DNA from: an uncultured Methanoregulaceae archaeon
GTDB lineage: Archaea > Halobacteriota > Methanomicrobia > Methanomicrobiales > Methanospirillaceae
Reading direction: 5' to 3'
DNA length: 64,000 nucleotides
Assembly (NCBI GenBank): GCA_963737635.1
Contig: CAVTTL010000001.1
Location: 320,001 to 384,000 of the forward strand
Shown here piece by piece: positions 28,993 to 40,070 of the stretch (the first letter of the stretch is position 1; each line of letters begins with the position of its first letter). Both the position numbers and the translations under genes were made by a program. The notes under the pieces were generated by a model that was given only the letters and a program-made list of their open reading frames with translations, ran no database searches and was not told the origin of the DNA.

Positions 28993-30438
28993 TTATTTAA
29001 GCATTGCTAGAATCGCTTCCATATCGACATGTTCCTCGAAGAGGCTGGCAAGCAGATCATAAGGATCCGCGCTTTCTACGGGAATCGGGGTATATGGCAG
29101 GCCTTTTTTTGCGGACAGGTAGGCAAGCAGGGCATTGACGGCCGATGAATTGAGGAAGAGCCCGTGCATGTAGGTACCAAAAACAAGGCCGTCAGCACTG
29201 ACCCTGCCATCACCGGAGAATGCCTCACGATCAGAACCCGGTTCCGTCACACCCATGTGGATCTCGTAACCGGTTACCTCACCCATGGATGACAGGAGGG
29301 GAGGCACCGGCGCTGCCTGGCGCCGCACCTGCGTGGTATTCTTTGCATACGAGGAAAACCGGGTGATGCAGTCGAGGAGGCCGAGGCCGGGATACACACC
29401 GGCTGCGGACTCAAAACCCTCATCCACGAGGGTTTTTCCCAGCATCTGGTATCCCCCGCAGATGCCGATGACCGGGACACCGTTTTCCTGTGCAGCCAGC
29501 AGTTTGTGATCCATACCGGCCACTCTCAGCGCTGCAAGATCGTCTATAGTATTCTTTGTACCGGGAAGGATGAGACAGTCGTAGCCGGCAAGCGACCCGT
29601 CGCAAGGCACGTACTCGACCGATGCGTACTGCTCGAGCAGTTCGAAATCCGTGAAATTTGATACATGGGGAAGCCGGATCACGGCAATACGGATCGGGAA
29701 ATCACGGTGTACCTTATCGGCGATTGACAGGGAGTCCTCGCTTGGGAGGGGAATGTGGAAATACGGCACCACGCCGAGCACCGGAACCCCGGTGATATCC
29801 TCGATGATCTGGATCCCTGTGGCAAAAATGGCGGGATCGCCCCGGAATTTATTGATGATAACGCCACGCACAAGCGGTTTTATTGATTCGGGTAACAGTT
29901 TCAGGGTACCGTAGATCTGGGCAAAAACCCCCCCTCTTTCAATATCAGCTACGAGGATCAGGGGAATCTGCAGTTTTTCTGCAAGCAATGTATTTGCAAT
30001 ATCACGATCATACAGGTTGACTTCGGCTGCGCCGCCGGCCCCTTCGACAATAACCTCCCCATATTCCTGCCTGAGGCGCTCAAACGCAGCTACCGCTTCC
30101 GAAAGAAGATACGGAGTTTCCGCATAGTATTCCGTGATCGGGACATCCTTATAGGGATGGCCGAACAGTACGACCTGCGAGACGCAGTCCCCTTTGGGTT
30201 TGAGCAGCACCGGATTCATATCGGTAATGGGAGAAAGCCGGGCGGCCCAGGCCTGCATTGCCTGCGCTATGCCAATTTCTCCACCATCTGCAGTCACAAA
30301 CGAGTTCAGGCTCATGTTCTGGGATTTAAACGGCGCAACACCGATTCCCCGGCGCACCAGACACCGGCAGATCGCCGCCACCGTCGTGCTTTTCCCCACA
30401 TGCGACGATGTTCCCACGATCATGAGCGGCATACTCAT
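28993..30438 (-). CDS. cobQ: Cobyric acid synthase
   Basis: GTSSHVGKS, PFKSQNMS, EGAG, SNFTDF, GICGGYQMLG, GTYMHG. Confidence 0.96.
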   Translation of the reverse strand: MSMPLMIVGTSSHVGKSTTVAAICRCLVRRGIGVAPFKSQNMSLNSFVTADGGEIGIAQAMQAWAARLSPITDMNPVLLKPKGDCVSQVVLFGHPYKDVPITEYYAETPYLLSEAVAAFERLRQEYGEVIVEGAGGAAEVNLYDRDIANTLLAEKLQIPLILVADIERGGVFAQIYGTLKLLPESIKPLVRGVIINKFRGDPAIFATGIQIIEDITGVPVLGVVPYFHIPLPSEDSLSIADKVHRDFPIRIAVIRLPHVSNFTDFELLEQYASVEYVPCDGSLAGYDCLILPGTKNTIDDLAALRVAGMDHKLLAAQENGVPVIGICGGYQMLGKTLVDEGFESAAGVYPGLGLLDCITRFSSYAKNTTQVRRQAAPVPPLLSSMGEVTGYEIHMGVTEPGSDREAFSGDGRVSADGLVFGTYMHGLFLNSSAVNALLAYLSAKKGLPYTPIPVESADPYDLLASLFEEHVDMEAILAMLK

Positions 30439-30545
30439 TCATTTGAATGCCACAACATAAAACGGATGTGTGCGAAAATCTAGAAGTCTATCACACATAG
30501 CGGCAATGCCAAGTAATAAATAACCAGAACTGAAAAATAGGTGTA

Positions 30546-30851
30546 ATGATTGGTGGCATTTGCCCGACGTGTGGACTTCCCAAGGAACTTTGTATCTGTG
30601 AGGAGGTAGCTAAGGAACAGCAGAGGATCAATGTCAAAGTCAATAAACGCCGCTATGGAAAAGAGGTTACGGTAATTGAAGGCCTCGATCCAACGGATAT
30701 TGACCTTGAGGATCTTTCGAAATTCATGAAGGGAAAACTTGCCTGTGGGGGCACGGTGAAAGGGAACTCGATCGAACTGCAGGGGAATCACCGTGACCGT
30801 GTAAAAGAGCTCCTTTCCCTGAAAGGATACAGCACTGAAAACATCTCTTAA
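30546..30851 (+). CDS. Translation initiation factor aIF1 (SUI1)
   Basis: [38 protein letters not shown]. Confidence 0.95.
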   Translation: MIGGICPTCGLPKELCICEEVAKEQQRINVKVNKRRYGKEVTVIEGLDPTDIDLEDLSKFMKGKLACGGTVKGNSIELQGNHRDRVKELLSLKGYSTENIS

Positions 30852-30973
30852 GCTTTTTTCTTGTTTTTAGCTCATCTGGATTTTTCCTTCACTGGCGCAG
30901 AGAGTGGAGTGTGTGAACTGGGCGACACCGACCATTCCGGAAAGCCTTTTCAAAAAAGAGCCGGTTAAAAAGA

Positions 30974-32026
30974 TCAGATAAAGAAGCGGAATACAACCCA
31001 CGATATGATCAGCATAATCGCTGAGTATTTGAGACCTGCAACGACCCGCCCTTCACCCATCTGGCCCGCACAGAGGCCGGAAAAGAAGCCCTGAATCATC
31101 GCGGCATGGGAGAACAGGCGTTTGTATGCCGGGAGATCTATCCTTCCCATAAACTTGCTGCTTGCAGCCGTCATCTGCGCCGCCGTTCCTGCCGTTGCCA
31201 TCGTGGTTAAAAAGGAACTCACCAGTACCGCAATAACAAACAGGAAGACCGCAAACGAGACAAGGACGATGATCACGTAGATCAGCATGTTATTCCGGCG
31301 TTCTTGGGAAAGGTTGACTACTTCGAAGGTATCGTTTGCCGCTGCGCGAAGGACTTCGCTGATGTCCCCGCCGGCCTTACTTGCCTTTGCAATCAAATCT
31401 ACACTCCGGTCGGCAAGTGGGGTGCCAAGGTTTTTGCCAAACCGGTACATTGCCTCAACGAAACCGACTCCCCATGACATCTCATTGTCCATTTTCCGGA
31501 TGTGAGGGCTCAGAGCACCATATTCCGCACTGGCGACAAGATGGATGGCGTTTGGGAGGGTCATACCGGAATCATTCATACCCGCAAGATCGCGGAAGAA
31601 GTTAGGGAGTGCGCCTTCAAGGTTATTAATTCTCGACTGTTCCCTGAGATCGAGAACTGCGACGGGAATTATCGAGATAAGAATTGCAAGCACCGCAAAA
31701 TCGTCAACTACGGTCGATGTGAAGAGCACGGAGATGCCATACATCTTTACCACAGAGATAAAACCGCCGATAAAGACAATCAGCGACAACGGGATGCAGA
31801 CAATGAGGATATTTTCGGGTTTTTCCACAAGGACACTGACCGGGTGTTTGAGGAATCGTCCGAACCCTTCCTGGCTTTTACGCTCAGCTTCTAATTTCTC
31901 GCTGATCTCAGTAATTTCGCGTTCCGTTGCATCCATTTCGGCTTGGTTGAGAGGCCGGGGAGACTGGGAACGCTGATCCTTCTGTTTTCCGAGTAGTATG
32001 CCAGTGATTTTGTCGGTGAATGCCAT
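30974..32026 (-). CDS. Type II secretion/type IV pilus membrane platform protein (TadC/ArlJ-like)
   Basis: LPNFFRDLA..SGMTL..YGAL; GQMGEGRVVAGLK C-terminus; downstream of ATPase. Confidence 0.88.
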   Translation of the reverse strand: MAFTDKITGILLGKQKDQRSQSPRPLNQAEMDATEREITEISEKLEAERKSQEGFGRFLKHPVSVLVEKPENILIVCIPLSLIVFIGGFISVVKMYGISVLFTSTVVDDFAVLAILISIIPVAVLDLREQSRINNLEGALPNFFRDLAGMNDSGMTLPNAIHLVASAEYGALSPHIRKMDNEMSWGVGFVEAMYRFGKNLGTPLADRSVDLIAKASKAGGDISEVLRAAANDTFEVVNLSQERRNNMLIYVIIVLVSFAVFLFVIAVLVSSFLTTMATAGTAAQMTAASSKFMGRIDLPAYKRLFSHAAMIQGFFSGLCAGQMGEGRVVAGLKYSAIMLIISWVVFRFFI

Positions 32027-32027
32027 T

Positions 32028-32951
32028 TCAAGACTCCGGGGTCATAGAACTTATCATGATAATGAACATTATCGTGCCAAAGGGAATCATGAGATAGATG
32101 ATAACATAGAGAAACATCGGTTTTGAATCTCCCCCAAGGACCGACATGATCGACTGGAGAATGATCAAAAAGAGCGTTCCTGCCACCATTGCTGTTACAT
32201 AGGATTCCGAGATTAACGCGAGCGTATCGAGGAACAGTTTCTGGGTCTGGCGGTTCTCTAGGGCGTACTGTTTGGCTTTAGTACGGAAATATTCCGTAAG
32301 GTTACCCCCACTGGATATGCTGGCCATTGCGCCCTGTAAAAATTCCTTCATACGCAGGGAGGGGGTGCTCGAAGAGACTATCCTGAGTGCATCAATAAGA
32401 TCACGTCCGAAAATATCGATTTCCCGGGCGATATAGCGGGCTTCCACCGAACTTTCCCCATAGATTGGGCTGTCGCCAAGAAGACGGAAAATCTCCGCAG
32501 GTGTTATACCGGCAGTAGACATGGAGGTAATATAGTTGATGGCATAAGGAAGCGTAGCGTCGATATTCCGGCGCCGGTTTCCTGCCATGACTGAAGGATA
32601 GATGATAAAAATGGCATACGTGATACCTCCAAACACTAGTAATGAGAAGATTACTGCAAAGATGGTCCCAAGAATGAGGCCGTAATGGGAAAGAAAGAGA
32701 ACCGTTGCTGGTACTTCACCTTTGTACTTTACAAGGTTGGGGAGTTTTAGAACCCATGTAATCAGTCCCAGTCCTACAGCGGAGATGAGCCCAACGATGA
32801 GAGAGCTGATAATTGCAGTAGAGATATAGACTTCAAAAGGGGTTTTTATTCGTGCGGAGAGGATATCATTCCTGAGCTGAGTGTACTGTTCCCGCTGAGC
32901 CTTCATCCTCATGCCGAGAAGGTTGAAACAGAATCGTTCAAAACTATTCAT
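32028..32951 (-). CDS. Type II secretion/type IV pilus membrane platform protein (TadB/ArlJ-like)
   Basis: IDATLPYAINY..IYGE..FGRDLIDAL..TPS..EFL..SGG. Confidence 0.88.
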   Translation of the reverse strand: MNSFERFCFNLLGMRMKAQREQYTQLRNDILSARIKTPFEVYISTAIISSLIVGLISAVGLGLITWVLKLPNLVKYKGEVPATVLFLSHYGLILGTIFAVIFSLLVFGGITYAIFIIYPSVMAGNRRRNIDATLPYAINYITSMSTAGITPAEIFRLLGDSPIYGESSVEARYIAREIDIFGRDLIDALRIVSSSTPSLRMKEFLQGAMASISSGGNLTEYFRTKAKQYALENRQTQKLFLDTLALISESYVTAMVAGTLFLIILQSIMSVLGGDSKPMFLYVIIYLMIPFGTIMFIIMISSMTPES

Positions 32952-35363
32952 ACAGGTCCTTCCTCACGCGCTCGATAACCACTTCGGGTTCCCGGTAGTA
33001 CGAGATAAGGACCTTAGCGACATCCTTATAATGCCGGATCTTTTTGATACGCATCCACTCCAGCACTTCCTGCCGCCGTTTGAGTTCTTCCCGCATTCGA
33101 TTTTCGTTCCAGCCCTTGGATTCCATAATATCTTCAAGAATGAAGGATTTCCCCGAGTAGCTGATTTCATCGGTTGCCGATCGCCACTTGAAAACCTCGT
33201 TGGTGATAAGCTCATTGGTCCGCGGGTCGATATCAAGAATCTCGACGATTTGTTTGTTCCGGCGAATCCGTTTTCCGCCCATCCTGGCCTGTACCTGAAT
33301 ACAAACGATATCAAGTGCTGACAGCATGTTCCGCGGCACGTCCATGGGCGGGTTTTCGATACGGTGCACGACACTCGATACCGAGTCCGCGTGGATCGTG
33401 GAATAGGTGATATGGCCGGTGCTCATTGCCTGGAAAAGCGTCTGGCATTCCTTGCCACGGACCTCGCCGACAATGATATATTCAGGCCGTTGACGCATGG
33501 CTGCGCGCAGGAGTTCGTACATATTGATCTCTCCCCGGCCCGCCGTATCAAACGAATCTCTCGTTACACTGGGGATCCAGTTGGGATGGGGAAGTTTTAC
33601 TTCGCGGGTATCTTCTAGGGTGACGATCTTAGCCATCGGGGGGATGAAGAGTGAGATCGCGTTTAACGATGTTGTCTTACCGGATGCTGTCCCGCCAGCA
33701 AAAATGGCAGATTTGCCGTTCTCGACTGCGAGCCAGATATATGCAACGGATAAGGGGGCAAACGTATGCCACTCGATGAGATCGGTCGGCGTAATCGGCT
33801 CGTCTTTGAACTTACGGATCGTAAAAGTGGAACCGTGTGCAGTTACTTCCTGGCCGAGTGTCATCTGGATACGGGAACCATCACCCATGGTTGCATCAAG
33901 AATCGGCTCAGCAATGGAGATGTACTTGCCGGCACGCTGGGCGAGTTTCGTAACAAACGAGTCAAGCTCTTCAGCATTATGATACGTCAGAGTGGTCTTC
34001 ATCGATTCATAGCTGGCATGGAAGGCAAAGATAGGAGTGTTGACGCCATCGCAGGAGATATCTTCGATAAATTTATCGTGCATGATCGCATCGATGAGAC
34101 CGTCTCCCAGGAAATCCTTGTGCATATTATAAAGGATCTTCTCACGCTGGACCGGGTTGAGTTTGATCCCATAATCCCCAAGGATGTCATCGACAGAACT
34201 TCTAAGCTGGCGCTTGGCCTCCTCTTTCGAGATATCCTTGGTATTAATATCAAGCATTTCAAAGAGACGTTCTTTTATCTCCTTTAACAGGTCTTTTTCC
34301 GGTTCGGAAAGTACGGGTTCAATGACCTGATAAGTATATTCATGGGTGGAATGATCGTAGATGACCCGGACATATGCATAGGGATCATTTACCGGATATA
34401 ATTCCATCTCTTCGACACCGGCTATTGTTTCAAAAGTGAGATCGACGAGGGGACCATGTAATTTGGGATCGTATTCCACAGTCACTTGGCGTATAGCACC
34501 GAAGAGCGTTGCAAACCTGGACTTCTTTACCGGCGTCTGGTCGGTCTTTTGATTCTCCAAGCTCAATTCAGATTCGAGATCTTTGAATCCCGCATTCGAA
34601 AATTCCCGTTTCCAGATATCGGCGAGTTCCGGAGGCAGGGTACCGGTGCTCTCAAACGCATTTACCCGTCCATGAAGGTTGATCTCTTCAATCTGAAATG
34701 TTGCACCTTTAGGCAGGATAAGTCCGGAATATTCGGATAGCTGGTCTGCTGATATGATTCGCTCGTCCGCTTCAGTCCGTTCAGTACGAGCCGTACTCTC
34801 CCCTTCTCCTGTAATTTTTGCTGCCTTCTTTTTCTTGAAAAATAAAGAGGTCTTATTTTCCCGGGGATCTTCTTCAATAATTTCGACTGGTGGTACAGGA
34901 GGATGTTCGATTGCCGGTAGAGCGGATTTTTTTCCTGATGGGAGGATTGGCGCAGCTGGAGTCTTCGGTTGTTCCATGATTTTTTCCGGTGCTGCACGGA
35001 TATCGTCTTCGCTTGTGCCGGGAGACGCAAGAGACATTTTGGCCGGGGGAGCATCTTCAAGCAGGTCATCCAGATCATCCGCCACATTATTCGGAGGGGG
35101 CGATTTCCCGGGAAGGGAGTCGTCGCGGGCATGAACCGGTTCCGCTCAGCCCCGGGCGTAGTTCCGGTATAACCTATATTGAGTTTTTGTATAAGCGCCG
35201 AGAAATCACCCATGCCTCCTTGATCATCTTCCTGCCCAGGCTTCTTTTCAGAGCGTGGTTCTGCCACTGGTCCGGTAGATTCTTTCTCCGGCGCCTGTAT
35301 GCCCCGGATTTTTTTAAGAAGAGTACTTACACTATCAAGAGTTTCATCATCGTGCGATTTCAA
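32944..35363 (-). CDS. Type II/IV secretion (ArlI/TadA-like) assembly ATPase with long N-terminal extension; probable frameshift near 35100-35150
   Basis: IEDISCDG, GGTASGKTT, EDTRE, RQRPEYIIVGEVRG, AMSTGH..TIHA. Confidence 0.93.
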
Positions 35364-35494
35364 TCTGGAGTCCCCCCTGTCAGATGTTAACCGTTCCCCG
35401 GAATTTATATAAAAGATCGTTCTTATCTCACACTATATGTATTGTCTGCCATACTGAAGGAAAAAACTTCCCCAGTTCACGATCAACAGTCTTG

Positions 35495-36235
35495 TCAGGC
35501 TTCACTCTCCACTTCATTCTGGATGCTCCTGATCAGGACACGTATGAGACCGAGCTGGGCATCCGCACGCGTAATAATGCAGAGGAAGAGATCTCCGCAG
35601 GGAACGATAATAAATTTGTTCTCCTCAGTTTCGAGGATGAGCTGGCCGGGCTGCCCAAGGTTCATATCCTCAGATATTCTGGTCCCGGCCCGGAGGAAAT
35701 CCTCGGCTCGTGCTGCCACATGTTCAAAATCTGCTTCTCCAAGAGAAAGAACGGGAAATCCTTCATAGAACGCAGAAACGGCAACAACCCCCGGCTGACT
35801 CATAATCTTATTGAGGATAGATTCATCGACGAGAGGAGACGTGTGACCTGACGTCTCATGGCCTCTAGTAGTAAGGGAGAGATCATCCTGCACCTGCGGA
35901 GCAGTGCTGATAAAGAGGCCCCCTAGCGTGCACATAGTTAACGCCTCTTTGTAATCCTCCTGATTGTACGTTTTCAGGACGAAATTTTGCTGGTTTTGTC
36001 CGCCGTTGCTGGCAGGGCTGTTCATAACATAACTGACAGCAGAATTCCCCCGGTAAATGCCATCTTCCCCCTCGAAATATGCTGCAACCAGCTCACCGTC
36101 TCGCATAAGGATAAAACCCCGCCCCCTGCTGGTATCGATCTCGATTACTCCCTTAAACGCTTTGAGAGACTGGACGACGTCATCCTTACGGGGATCGATA
36201 ACGGCACCCGCTTGTCTTCCTGCCGGCAGTTTCAT
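35495..36235 (-). CDS. DUF2226/PATAN-like N-terminal domain fused to roadblock/LC7 domain
   Basis: MKLPAG..FKGVIEI..GFILMRDGELVAA; C-terminal QPGVVAV..EGFPV..ADAQLGLIR. Confidence 0.7.
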   Translation of the reverse strand: MKLPAGRQAGAVIDPRKDDVVQSLKAFKGVIEIDTSRGRGFILMRDGELVAAYFEGEDGIYRGNSAVSYVMNSPASNGGQNQQNFVLKTYNQEDYKEALTMCTLGGLFISTAPQVQDDLSLTTRGHETSGHTSPLVDESILNKIMSQPGVVAVSAFYEGFPVLSLGEADFEHVAARAEDFLRAGTRISEDMNLGQPGQLILETEENKFIIVPCGDLFLCIITRADAQLGLIRVLIRSIQNEVESEA

Positions 36236-36259
36236 AAAATAGCCCGAAAAATAATAATC

Positions 36260-36607
36260 CTAGAGAGCTGCGACGATACGTTCCTTGTTTTTCTTTAATT
36301 CATAGCGGATCCTGCCGATATTTGCTGTTGAGTCAGCCACGAGTGCGATCAGTTCGTCCGCCGAAAGAGGGGCAAGGATTATAGGCCCTTTCTCAAGTTC
36401 AATAAGTAACTGGGAGAGCTCACCTTTCCCAAGGGTGATTCCCATCGCTTCAGATGTCCCAAGACCGGTTGAAGCCATAGCGCCGAGCGCCTCAATATCC
36501 AGCTTGCCGGAGACTGCGCTCTCGATCACAAAACCATCTCTTCCCACAACCACTGCTGCGGCAACCCCTTCAACCTTCAAAAATTCATCCAACAACGGCT
36601 TGAGCAT
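36260..36607 (-). CDS. Roadblock/LC7 (MglB-like) protein
   Basis: VEGVAAAVVVGRDGFVIES..EALGAM..ANIGRIRYEL. Confidence 0.92.
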   Translation of the reverse strand: MLKPLLDEFLKVEGVAAAVVVGRDGFVIESAVSGKLDIEALGAMASTGLGTSEAMGITLGKGELSQLLIELEKGPIILAPLSADELIALVADSTANIGRIRYELKKNKERIVAAL

Positions 36608-36867
36608 CTTTTCACCATTCAACAAATGTGAGTTTCTTGTTTCGTTCGTATTAATATGTTGGGATTATTTTCCGGGATATGCAGATATATTCTCCAAAAA
36701 TAAAAAAAAATGCCATTCAGTTCTGAACTGGACAACCAGCCCATAAAACCATACCAATTAATTATAATATAATTTAATAAATATTTATTTGTTATCTGCC
36801 ATAGATACAACGGGCCTAATGACCGTGAAAAGAAACTATATACTCGTATGTGATCATTAAAGAGATC

Positions 36868-37568
36868 ATGCAACTTCCCCGCGGGACGTTCCGCGAGATC
36901 CAAAAAAACAAGAAAACTAAAGACCTTCTTTCTGAGCTTGAGGGGGGCCGATTTTCCGGGATCTGCAGCATTTCGGGTCAGGATAGTATCTGTACACTTG
37001 TGATGAAATCGGGAAAATGCATTCTTGCGGAATACAATGCGCTTAAAGGAGATGCCGCAGTCGAGGAACTTTTCAATTCCCTCTCTGGCGGAAATGTGGA
37101 CGCCGCACTCTCAACGCTCGACGAACCTCAGATCCAGCTATCGCTGGAATTCAATAAAGCCGAGCGGATCGTAAAAACCACGCATATTCTTCCGGTCCAG
37201 AAACCTTCTCCAGTACCTCCCGTTCAACGGGAGATAGCAAAGGAAACCGGCCCGCTCCGGCAGCAAACCCGTCCTCGCCGAGCAAAGAGGCGGCAGCCCT
37301 GATAGGACGTTCACCGGATCTGACCCCCGGCCACCGTGCAGGCCCGAAAAATCCTTTCACCGCCCCCCCGTCGTCTATACGTGCAGAAAAAGCACCAATT
37401 TCCGAAGAGCCGGAATCTTCCGTAAAAGATGCCGAACCAACGGATCTGGAAAAAGATCTTGACTTACTTGATTCAATGAACCTTGACCAGGTAACGGATA
37501 AGATCAGGGATGAATGCAAAACGATGGTGAAACATCTTCGGCTCGACCACCTGATGGATAAGGACTAA
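36868..37568 (+). CDS. DUF2226/PATAN-like protein with Pro-rich linker; frameshift in the 37250-37310 region
   Basis: MQLPRG..FSGICSI..LVMKSGKCILAEY..GDAA; helical C-terminus DLDLLDSMNLDQVTDKIRDECK.. in shifted frame, stop 37566-37568. Confidence 0.65.
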
Positions 37569-37600
37569 GACCCGGGGATTCAAAGGTATGTCGGTTATGT

Positions 37601-38155
37601 TTGGCATTGACAGGTACTGTTCTGCTCTTTGGTGTGGTAATCGCAGTAGTTATCTGCGTTGTAGTAGTCGTCGTAAGAAAAATCCGATCCCGGGCAAAGA
37701 GCGACTCCCGCAACATAAATATGAGTTCGTCGAGGACACCTCTCCATGTACGGAAAATCCCGGCATCCTCTTCGGATAGTTCTTCCGATCAGGATACGGT
37801 TTTTGCCTCTCCATCGCGCCAAAAGGAAGTCGACTCCCTTGGCGGCAAAGTCAATATTTCAGAGAGCCTCACTACTCTTGCGGAAAAATATTCTCTGGAT
37901 GAGATCACTCTTTCTACATCGGATGGCCTCTTGCTCGCATCTTCCCGGAAAACGCCTTCAGCTGATGCTATTGCGAGATATTCCGAGATGTATGCCGGCA
38001 ATTTGCGACCTTGGCCCCCGGGAATCATATTATTTGGCCTTGAGCATAAAGGATCGCTCCTGGTGGGAATTGCCAAAACAAAAGATTTGCTCGTTCAGGA
38101 TGCAGATCAGGATTTGATACGCGAGACAAAAGATATTTTAAACAGGTGGATATAA
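37601..38155 (+). CDS. Membrane-anchored protein with roadblock-like domain
   Basis: N-terminal TM; LAEKYSLDEITLSTSDGLLLASS resembles roadblock; start uncertain. Confidence 0.6.
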   Translation: MALTGTVLLFGVVIAVVICVVVVVVRKIRSRAKSDSRNINMSSSRTPLHVRKIPASSSDSSSDQDTVFASPSRQKEVDSLGGKVNISESLTTLAEKYSLDEITLSTSDGLLLASSRKTPSADAIARYSEMYAGNLRPWPPGIILFGLEHKGSLLVGIAKTKDLLVQDADQDLIRETKDILNRWI

Positions 38156-38238
38156 CACGAATATGATACACATATAATAAAAATATTTCAGAATACGCAT
38201 ATTCCCGCTAGGATTATTATCGGGGCAACAGGTGTTTG

Positions 38239-39039
38239 ATGGTAAAAGTATACACGATCGCATCCGGAAAAGGAGGTACCGGTAAAACAACCGTTTCTGT
38301 TAATCTGGGAACGATGCTTGCAAAACTGGGGAAAGAGACCTACCTTATGGATGCTGACATTGGTATGGCAAATGTTGGGCTGATTCTGGGTCTGCAGGAC
38401 GCACCAGTAACCCTGCATGAGATTCTTGCCGGAAAAAACAGTATCGATGAAGGCATCTACCCGGGCCCTGCCGGGCTTAAGGTTATCCCGAGTGGTATCT
38501 CGCTCCAAGGCTTCCAGCAGGCGGATCCGGACAAGATTCGCGACGTTCTTTCTGAAATTGTGAAGAGATGTGAATTTCTGCTGATTGATGCACCTGCCGG
38601 TATAAGCAAGGATGGCGTCGTCCCGCTTGCCGTCGCAGACGAAGTTATTCTTGTGGTTAACCCCGAGTTGTCTTCGATCGTCGATGCACTAAAGACAAAA
38701 ATCCTGACAGAAGTTGTTGGAGGACATATCCTTGGTTCTATTATTAACCGGGTCGATCAGGAGAAAAGCGATGTCATTACCCAGAGGATGGAAAAAGTGC
38801 TCGGTGTAAAAGTCCTCGGAATTATCCCTGAGGATTCCAACGTGAGAAGAGCTGCAGCTGCACGTTCTCCCATTGTCGTGAGTTATCCGGATTCACCGGC
38901 ATCAAAGGCAATACAACGGATTGCGTCGGACCTTGTCGGGGTAGCTTACCGGGATGAAGGCACAGCCAAAACGTCTAAGGAAGGCTTTATCGAACGGTTC
39001 TCGAAGGCACTTTTTAGAAAGAAATCCGATATGAAATAA
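38239..39039 (+). CDS. minD: Archaeal MinD-family ATPase
   Basis: SGKGGTGKTT deviant Walker A, DADIGMAN, IDAPAG; C-terminal amphipathic GFIERFSKALF. Confidence 0.92.
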   Translation: MVKVYTIASGKGGTGKTTVSVNLGTMLAKLGKETYLMDADIGMANVGLILGLQDAPVTLHEILAGKNSIDEGIYPGPAGLKVIPSGISLQGFQQADPDKIRDVLSEIVKRCEFLLIDAPAGISKDGVVPLAVADEVILVVNPELSSIVDALKTKILTEVVGGHILGSIINRVDQEKSDVITQRMEKVLGVKVLGIIPEDSNVRRAAAARSPIVVSYPDSPASKAIQRIASDLVGVAYRDEGTAKTSKEGFIERFSKALFRKKSDMK

Positions 39040-39085
39040 CGTTTTTTGCCGTTTGTTTCTTATGTGGGTTTTCGGAAAAGAAATA

Positions 39086-39877
39086 TCAGATCTTTTCTGC
39101 CATTTTAATCTCAGTAAGGGTTTTTTCGCGAATCTGAACTGATACACCTATCATTTCGTTTCTGTCATCTTTCACCGGGCGCGCTGTGAGTGCGACGAAA
39201 CGTTTCTTGTTTGCAAGAGATACGAGAACCGTATTGAGATCATAACTTACGACGATTTTATCTTTAAGTACATCGAGCGCCGGGTCATTGATCCGTTCCC
39301 CTGTCTGCTTGTTTACGAGGATCAACACCTTTTTGAGGGGTTGTGCCAATGCATCTTTTTCCAGGACATCAAGAAGCCTGCAAGAATAAGGATTCAGAAA
39401 AATGATTCGCCCTTTGGTGTCGGTTATTAGCACCGCTTCGAGGGCACTCATAATCTTTTTTATATCCCAGAGAGCCGCCTTGTCAAAATACCGTTTGCGC
39501 ATGCTGTGATTATAAAGGGCAATTTCTATATTCGATACGATCTCATTTGAAGTAAAGGGTTTGAGAAGAAACCCGTACGGCTCAGCCGCTTTCGCACGCG
39601 TGAGTATAGCGTCATCACATTGGCCGGTCAGAAAAATAACCGGAATGCGAAATATAGAATAAATATATCGTGCAGCAGTGATGCCATCCAAGGCGCCGGC
39701 AAGACTGATGTCCATGAGAACGAGATCCGGCAGATATTCTGCTGCCTTCATGATTGCATCTTCACCCGTCATGGCTTTGCCGACAGTAGCATACCCTTTT
39801 TTCTCGAGAATCACACTAATGAGATTGGAGATTATCTCGTCATCTTCCACAATCAGGATCGTGATGGGTAACGGCAT
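39086..39877 (-). CDS. Response regulator (REC + PAS)
   Basis: ILIVEDD, PDLVLMDI, IFLT, LLKPF; PAS AVLITDTKGRIIFLN. Confidence 0.9.
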   Translation of the reverse strand: MPLPITILIVEDDEIISNLISVILEKKGYATVGKAMTGEDAIMKAAEYLPDLVLMDISLAGALDGITAARYIYSIFRIPVIFLTGQCDDAILTRAKAAEPYGFLLKPFTSNEIVSNIEIALYNHSMRKRYFDKAALWDIKKIMSALEAVLITDTKGRIIFLNPYSCRLLDVLEKDALAQPLKKVLILVNKQTGERINDPALDVLKDKIVVSYDLNTVLVSLANKKRFVALTARPVKDDRNEMIGVSVQIREKTLTEIKMAEKI

Positions 39878-40070
39878 GGCATTCACGGGAGTTTTTCGCT
39901 TAATAAAATACGAGACAAGAGTATTTAAATATAGATTTTCATTCTGTAAACAATATCTTTTTGCTCAATTATATATCCCCTAACTGAAAAAACTCTTAAT
40001 ATTATTCTGGCATAAGATTATTGAGAGAATTCTATAAATATAAAGGGGTGGGATGAGTGGCTCCCGTGTC

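Noticed and set aside
30974-35363. Calling the ATPase/platform genes the archaellum (arlI/arlJ)
   Set aside because: No archaellins, arlH or arlF/G nearby, and two separate platform genes fit a pilus-type system better
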